A DNA stretch of 61,035 bases from a virus. Taxonomy: Duplodnaviria; Caudoviricetes. This document shows, in pieces, positions 58,701-61,035 of the stretch; positions within the stretch are counted from its first letter, which is position 1, and each line of letters starts with the position of its first letter. The notes below the pieces were generated by a model. It worked only from the letters and a program-made list of their open reading frames with translations, ran no database searches and had not been told where the DNA came from. Made by a program: the position numbers and the translations under genes. Location of the stretch: the IMG/VR virus record IMGVR_UViG_3300025141_017123, positions 1 through 61,035 of that record; one strand, written 5' to 3'.

Positions 58701-58815
58701 ATACAACCACACACCAGGATCGGGTTATCAAAAATACCGAGTTAGAGCCGCTGTAAACAATTTTATTTCAGGCGCTCAAGTGGGCCAATACTTATCACTC
58801 GCGGCGAGTGAATAA
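52783..58815 (+). CDS. Central tail tip/host-specificity protein (gpJ-like, FN3, coiled coil, collagen-like repeats)
   Basis: RG.RVWDPR, FN3-like YQFRVRSVN, long coiled coil, GDKGD/GKKGD repeats. Confidence 0.85.
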   Translation: MSKVVDTVVDTGGDIFGLGRSIFDKTVGALWDSLSPEVPEEDLATLGQGLQKGIDQPRRITFGRDLVGGVIAHQAEVEKGDKKWMQLIVLINGAPIDALEEIYIADKKLKEYPSESWDYELSDGRQTIANTKAMAKMAGWTSEHIGFGQSYIFIEIENNREVFEDGISDMGFLIRGARVWDPRDTSQDPDDESTWIWSQNAVLCALHYVRFYGAYEVPFSRLPLQWWIAAINVCDENAEFTDAEGVVTTEPRYTTNGSFTFSTKPIEVLNQLEACFAGKIFRQMGQWYVRVGAWYGNPTHTINQDDVHGNIKIKWHADLRDRANVVRATFTDPDQNYDRTDAPPVVSAGYQAIDNQILEKSISLPFVRSSTTAQRLATIHLEQTRLGEIELPLKHKGLAAAVGRTVYLNLPGESINNKVYRVTERRFRLDGGVTLMCVEDAPDLWADNLVPGAQNLTPNSDYLVGKPQPIFDVRVTIDGDGNGIIKWNHPAPLAVHEYDVEFINTAANEAVFKTSVTYTQVVIPNLQLGEYTARISAKNIFGQRSLLVAVQFSVLTPTLPTVHVTADYNQITLTAEITAAGIGTAFEWEFLGSVAQPQSGERVLAQIYNRIGLKSETEYQFRVRSVNHLGSSDWVNITAATTTVDLTEYINELPLTKLSKDAQTLIEDINTQVDRLRPETEDNLPDVLNRTISELNLEKKTRVDIEKGVLDLSANYTAWRQEYEKRQLNNERLIDASVYIDPDNGTIVNRAFAYTDKTFSEANIKIDGVNSKIEFEANRITESENRLTDAESKLLVQADKINAKVSFTEMQGEIASAIEALKPAYSWQFNSNDEDFIGVDSHSALGYVVSLSAITSPAISYNADENPMFRLRVRLHENATWLGQIKFNDNSNVINVPAPVGNDWQTLQVDATGTDGYTGVITTLEFNLGECDIDFIEVGKRGANDLALNDITLRTTSLENDIDGATGVMAQYATTAWVDELGYQTQSNVDAILNTFDTTYKVSATLQEFSDNDTLQKANNAEQFINGAEAYIKSQITSFNAAEGGIDSKFSNVDQKLDALDGSINQNIVQVRGLELDLKNADLNAILAAANDLLRNNELQKQGVKLAIAETNLKANANDLESVAQSTLDLFTIFDKSQASFNELVDVVSKDGQALVTVEQNLKAKIEDDTNKALATAQEYTRTAIGYCVDAEGNITSENDAVKCVTDGGLWVDGPLAEYIANMQISDGDETASIKELRQLFKTVDGKLVARGGWTLDNNGRVTGIAGYNDGDIASLDLVGDVIRQGAMVGGEFVPTSYVDNSDPLNPQHVIRGRLELGDGHKVKSLDDIKAQDGNTIEIERVYSVNGQTAWHFPMVDGDVYQRERKLVNGEAVTGWSGAAKIKGDKGDTPTITDLGNGSYQIQSGSDVITIHDGLNAPIPTVTDNGDGTHTITDGDGNSIVVSDGDTPVKGVDYFDGKDGSYVSNIYKAATSKPETPTGGSFDGTAEVIPTGWQDTPYYEEGKITYTSKNRYHDTGAALWEKGAWSDSAEYIIEGKKGDAGTSAINFYTSAGAFSRNGLDYVKQTNQGWNAGVSSQEVFVHATASARVSSTSQVMLGLSYESCQGDYNNLNYAFYSSNGELAVYEKGELKGWFGPATGENRLSVVWDGVFVKYYKDATLIYTSATKPTAPVLFDLCAYDEGATFAEPIFAATGHGGERGLDGSRGSVEVQVPTSTGAWSDSTATAAVPGGIPVEHDRVTIYKAGDPAVQTIKRYNGSAWVSYTLHVHGSALIEDTLDGKVLRAGTRIESPRIDLIGNNFMKIELASGFGPEQLWYWYGPKLMKNGLPDLDQCTRANATEWKDVNGNTFTKGTFIAGALESSVSTSQQVNNPSRELEFTSNGNTIYFAVSYQYRRTYFGPNNGDRMSVYCPSTPIFQPVSGTLYLERWNGSSWVVVVSNSITGNYSCSNGFYESEPGTPNHPYIATTSSQRSFTYNHTPGSGYQKYRVRAAVNNFISGAQVGQYLSLAASE

Positions 58816-58842
58816 CAACTTTATATAAACGAGGACTAAACC

Positions 58843-59925
58843 ATGGCAGCATATACCGCCAGTCAAGTATCAATAAGCAACGGCTCAAAAGCCGTTGTGA
58901 TCAACAGCAACGAAAACCCCGAAAGTGTAGCCAAGGGCGATTTTTTATTTTTATCGGGCAGCGACCCAAAAGAAATAAACCGCACATACATAAACGATCA
59001 GCAAAAGCATGTTATAGAGCTAATCGAAAATTGGGATAGTGGCAACAAGACAAACCAACCGGCAATTGTTCTGCCAACCACCGTGAACTTCAAAGCCACC
59101 GTAGACGCCATTCAGAACGCCAACCTACTAATCAACGATAACATGCAAGCTATGAGCGACTGGCAAAGCAAGCTTGGCACAGTCACGTTCATTGGTTTAG
59201 ATGGCACAGAGCGCACCGTACCTACATTGGCGAGCTTTTTAGCAACGTTAGGCACCGCAGCGGATACAGATAAGGTAGTCAATTCCGTAGATGCTACCGC
59301 TGGCAGGCTGACCTCAGTGGGATGGGGCGGTATCGGTGGGGCGCGAATTTCAAAGCAAGCATATGGCAATGATCTACTAAACCTCGCCGCCGAAAATAAT
59401 TATAACGGGTGGATTGTCGAAGTTAGTGTTGACACTGCAAACAAGCCTCCAATGGGTCCGAATAATTTAGCGGGTCATGTTATAAGAGTGCAAAACACCC
59501 TATTAATGATTGCAGGTTACCCTTTTTCAGAAGAAGGTAACATGTATATAGGTTATTGGGATGGAACCACTATAGATTGGTATGCAAGTTATAACTCAGG
59601 AAATATCAACCTCGATGAAATCCGTGTTACAGCGGCGGGGCAAATTATTGCTACGGGAGAGAGGTTCACAAGTAATCTGGCCTTATTCTACATACCTCAG
59701 ATAGCTGCTGAAAGAGCTTCAGGTATTTCTGTGACAGGAACATACACGATAACTGACGGATCTACCAATGTATTAGCAACAGGTATAACTCCCAGCTATC
59801 AGGGTACAACTTCTAACAGCATGCTCCAACTATCTGTAGGAAATCTTAACGGAGCTGTCACTGAGACAGGGCTTCTTAGGCTTATTGCAGATTACGCAGA
59901 TTCAAAAATAAAGGTAAACAGATAA
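58843..59925 (+). CDS. Tail fibre protein
   Basis: LGTAA..D.TAGRL..GWGGIG fibre motif; upstream of chaperone. Confidence 0.7.
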   Translation: MAAYTASQVSISNGSKAVVINSNENPESVAKGDFLFLSGSDPKEINRTYINDQQKHVIELIENWDSGNKTNQPAIVLPTTVNFKATVDAIQNANLLINDNMQAMSDWQSKLGTVTFIGLDGTERTVPTLASFLATLGTAADTDKVVNSVDATAGRLTSVGWGGIGGARISKQAYGNDLLNLAAENNYNGWIVEVSVDTANKPPMGPNNLAGHVIRVQNTLLMIAGYPFSEEGNMYIGYWDGTTIDWYASYNSGNINLDEIRVTAAGQIIATGERFTSNLALFYIPQIAAERASGISVTGTYTITDGSTNVLATGITPSYQGTTSNSMLQLSVGNLNGAVTETGLLRLIADYADSKIKVNR

Positions 59926-60617
59926 TGCTAAAATTCATAAATGACAACGATTTTTTGCTGGTCGATGAATATAAGCAAAATAATGACGGCTCAGTGAGCT
60001 GGACGTACAACGAATCCAACGTAGTTCACAGCGGACTTATTCGTGAAGGGATGACGCGCCCCATTGAGCTGCAAGACGGCACCGAGCAAGTGAAAGTAGG
60101 TGAAAAGCTCGCTTTATACAGCGAAGGCAACCAAAAGTTAGATGACGATGGACAGCCGTTATTCGAGCCCGTTTATGAAGAACAGCCAAAGTATACAACT
60201 GAAACCGTTGATATTTGGGCCAAACTTCAAGCTATGATAGCGCAAGGCAGTGTAGTTGTTGACACTTCTCATTTGTTAGGTGAAGCAAAAGCTACAGCAA
60301 AAGAAGTTATTAACTCTACACGCGATAAACTTAATAACGCCGATATTGATTATAACGGCTATACATTCCAAGCGGGTGAGCAATCGCGTGAGGATATTAT
60401 GGGCGCAGTGGTTACTGGAACAGATACCATTTGGTTAACACGAGACAACCAAGAAATTGAAATGTCAGCCGAAGATATGCGCGGCCTTGGTATTGCCATC
60501 GCTAACCGCAAAAAGTTTTTAGTGTATAAGGCCCGCCACTTTAAAGATGCGCTGGACGAGTTAAGCGATGAAGCCAGCATAAAATCCTTTATCAAAAACT
60601 TAGATTGGAGTGCTTAA
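59925..60617 (+). CDS. Tail fibre assembly protein (DUF4376-like C-terminus)
   Basis: I.YNG.TFQ..SR, W.T.DN. Confidence 0.7.
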   Translation: MLKFINDNDFLLVDEYKQNNDGSVSWTYNESNVVHSGLIREGMTRPIELQDGTEQVKVGEKLALYSEGNQKLDDDGQPLFEPVYEEQPKYTTETVDIWAKLQAMIAQGSVVVDTSHLLGEAKATAKEVINSTRDKLNNADIDYNGYTFQAGEQSREDIMGAVVTGTDTIWLTRDNQEIEMSAEDMRGLGIAIANRKKFLVYKARHFKDALDELSDEASIKSFIKNLDWSA

Positions 60618-60618
60618 T

Positions 60619-61035
60619 ATGCGCGTGATATTTTGCACAAACAACCTGCCGTTTAGCGTGCTTATAAAGCTAGTTACCTGGTCTCAGTGGCACCACTGCG
60701 GTGTGATAGTGAAAGAGCAGAGTATTGATTACGTTATTCATGCAAAAGCAAGTGAGGGAGTGATTAAAGAGCCATTAAGCAAGTTCAAACTAGATTACCC
60801 AAACCACGAAATACGCATTATGAATGGCGATTCAACTGACGCTAACGACCTGCTAGGCCATAAATATGATTTTGGTGGTGCCATTGGTCATTACTTTAGC
60901 GCATGGAATGATCCCGACAAATGGTTTTGTTCTGAACTTGTTGCTTACTGCCTAGACTATGTAAACCTAGATTTTGTTGGCCGTTTCACCCCGCAGCGCT
61001 GTTACGCTATGAGCCTCAGCTATACTAGTAAGTGA
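60619..61035 (+). CDS. Permuted papain-like (YiiX/NlpC-P60) protein
   Basis: WHHCG before KYDF..KWFCSELVA (His precedes Cys). Confidence 0.75.
   Translation: MRVIFCTNNLPFSVLIKLVTWSQWHHCGVIVKEQSIDYVIHAKASEGVIKEPLSKFKLDYPNHEIRIMNGDSTDANDLLGHKYDFGGAIGHYFSAWNDPDKWFCSELVAYCLDYVNLDFVGRFTPQRCYAMSLSYTSK

Larger units (their letters stand above)
20627..61035. mobile_element. Transposable Mu/B3-like prophage with non-contractile tail; right end beyond window
   Basis: MuA/MuB, Mor, GemA, Ner-like, repressor, DUF935 portal, gpF/G/I, tape measure, no sheath; TG end. Confidence 0.95.

Noticed and set aside
52783-61035. Diversity-generating retroelement or Mu G-type invertible segment
   Set aside because: No reverse transcriptase, invertase or template/variable repeat pair seen in the window
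1-61035. tRNA/rRNA genes
   Set aside because: No recognisable cloverleaf or rRNA sequence seen

Overview
The window has two parts. Base composition and gene content suggest a marine gammaproteobacterium such as Pseudoalteromonas (inference). (1) Bases 1 to ~20,600 are an AT-rich accessory/defence island. It carries a HEPN/TOPRIM-type protein, endonuclease I, SOS-regulated umuDC, an RloC-like ATPase and several nuclease-like genes. It also holds an integron-type gene-cassette array on the minus strand (attC sites with matching R'/R'' cores) with no IntI in the window. Inside this array is a tyrosine-recombinase + IS91-type Y2 transposase unit that is itself built like a cassette. Modules are separated by several families of short palindromic repeats. 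(2) From ~20,627 to the window end lies a transposable (Mu/B3-like) siphoviral prophage, with the right end outside the window. It has leftward early and packaging genes, a central repressor, a moron hot spot, and rightward head/tail genes. Non-coding signals in the prophage: a 37-bp tandem duplication of the TG end, three Mor/C-type late promoters with identical geometry, six arrays of 11-bp-phased TTTAAA, a 24-bp perfect palindrome in a DUF3102-like gene, a moron flanked by a 21-bp duplication of the repressor 3' end, and a structured-leader/small-ORF/terminator/membrane-protein module. Family names come from motif recognition only; no searches were run.
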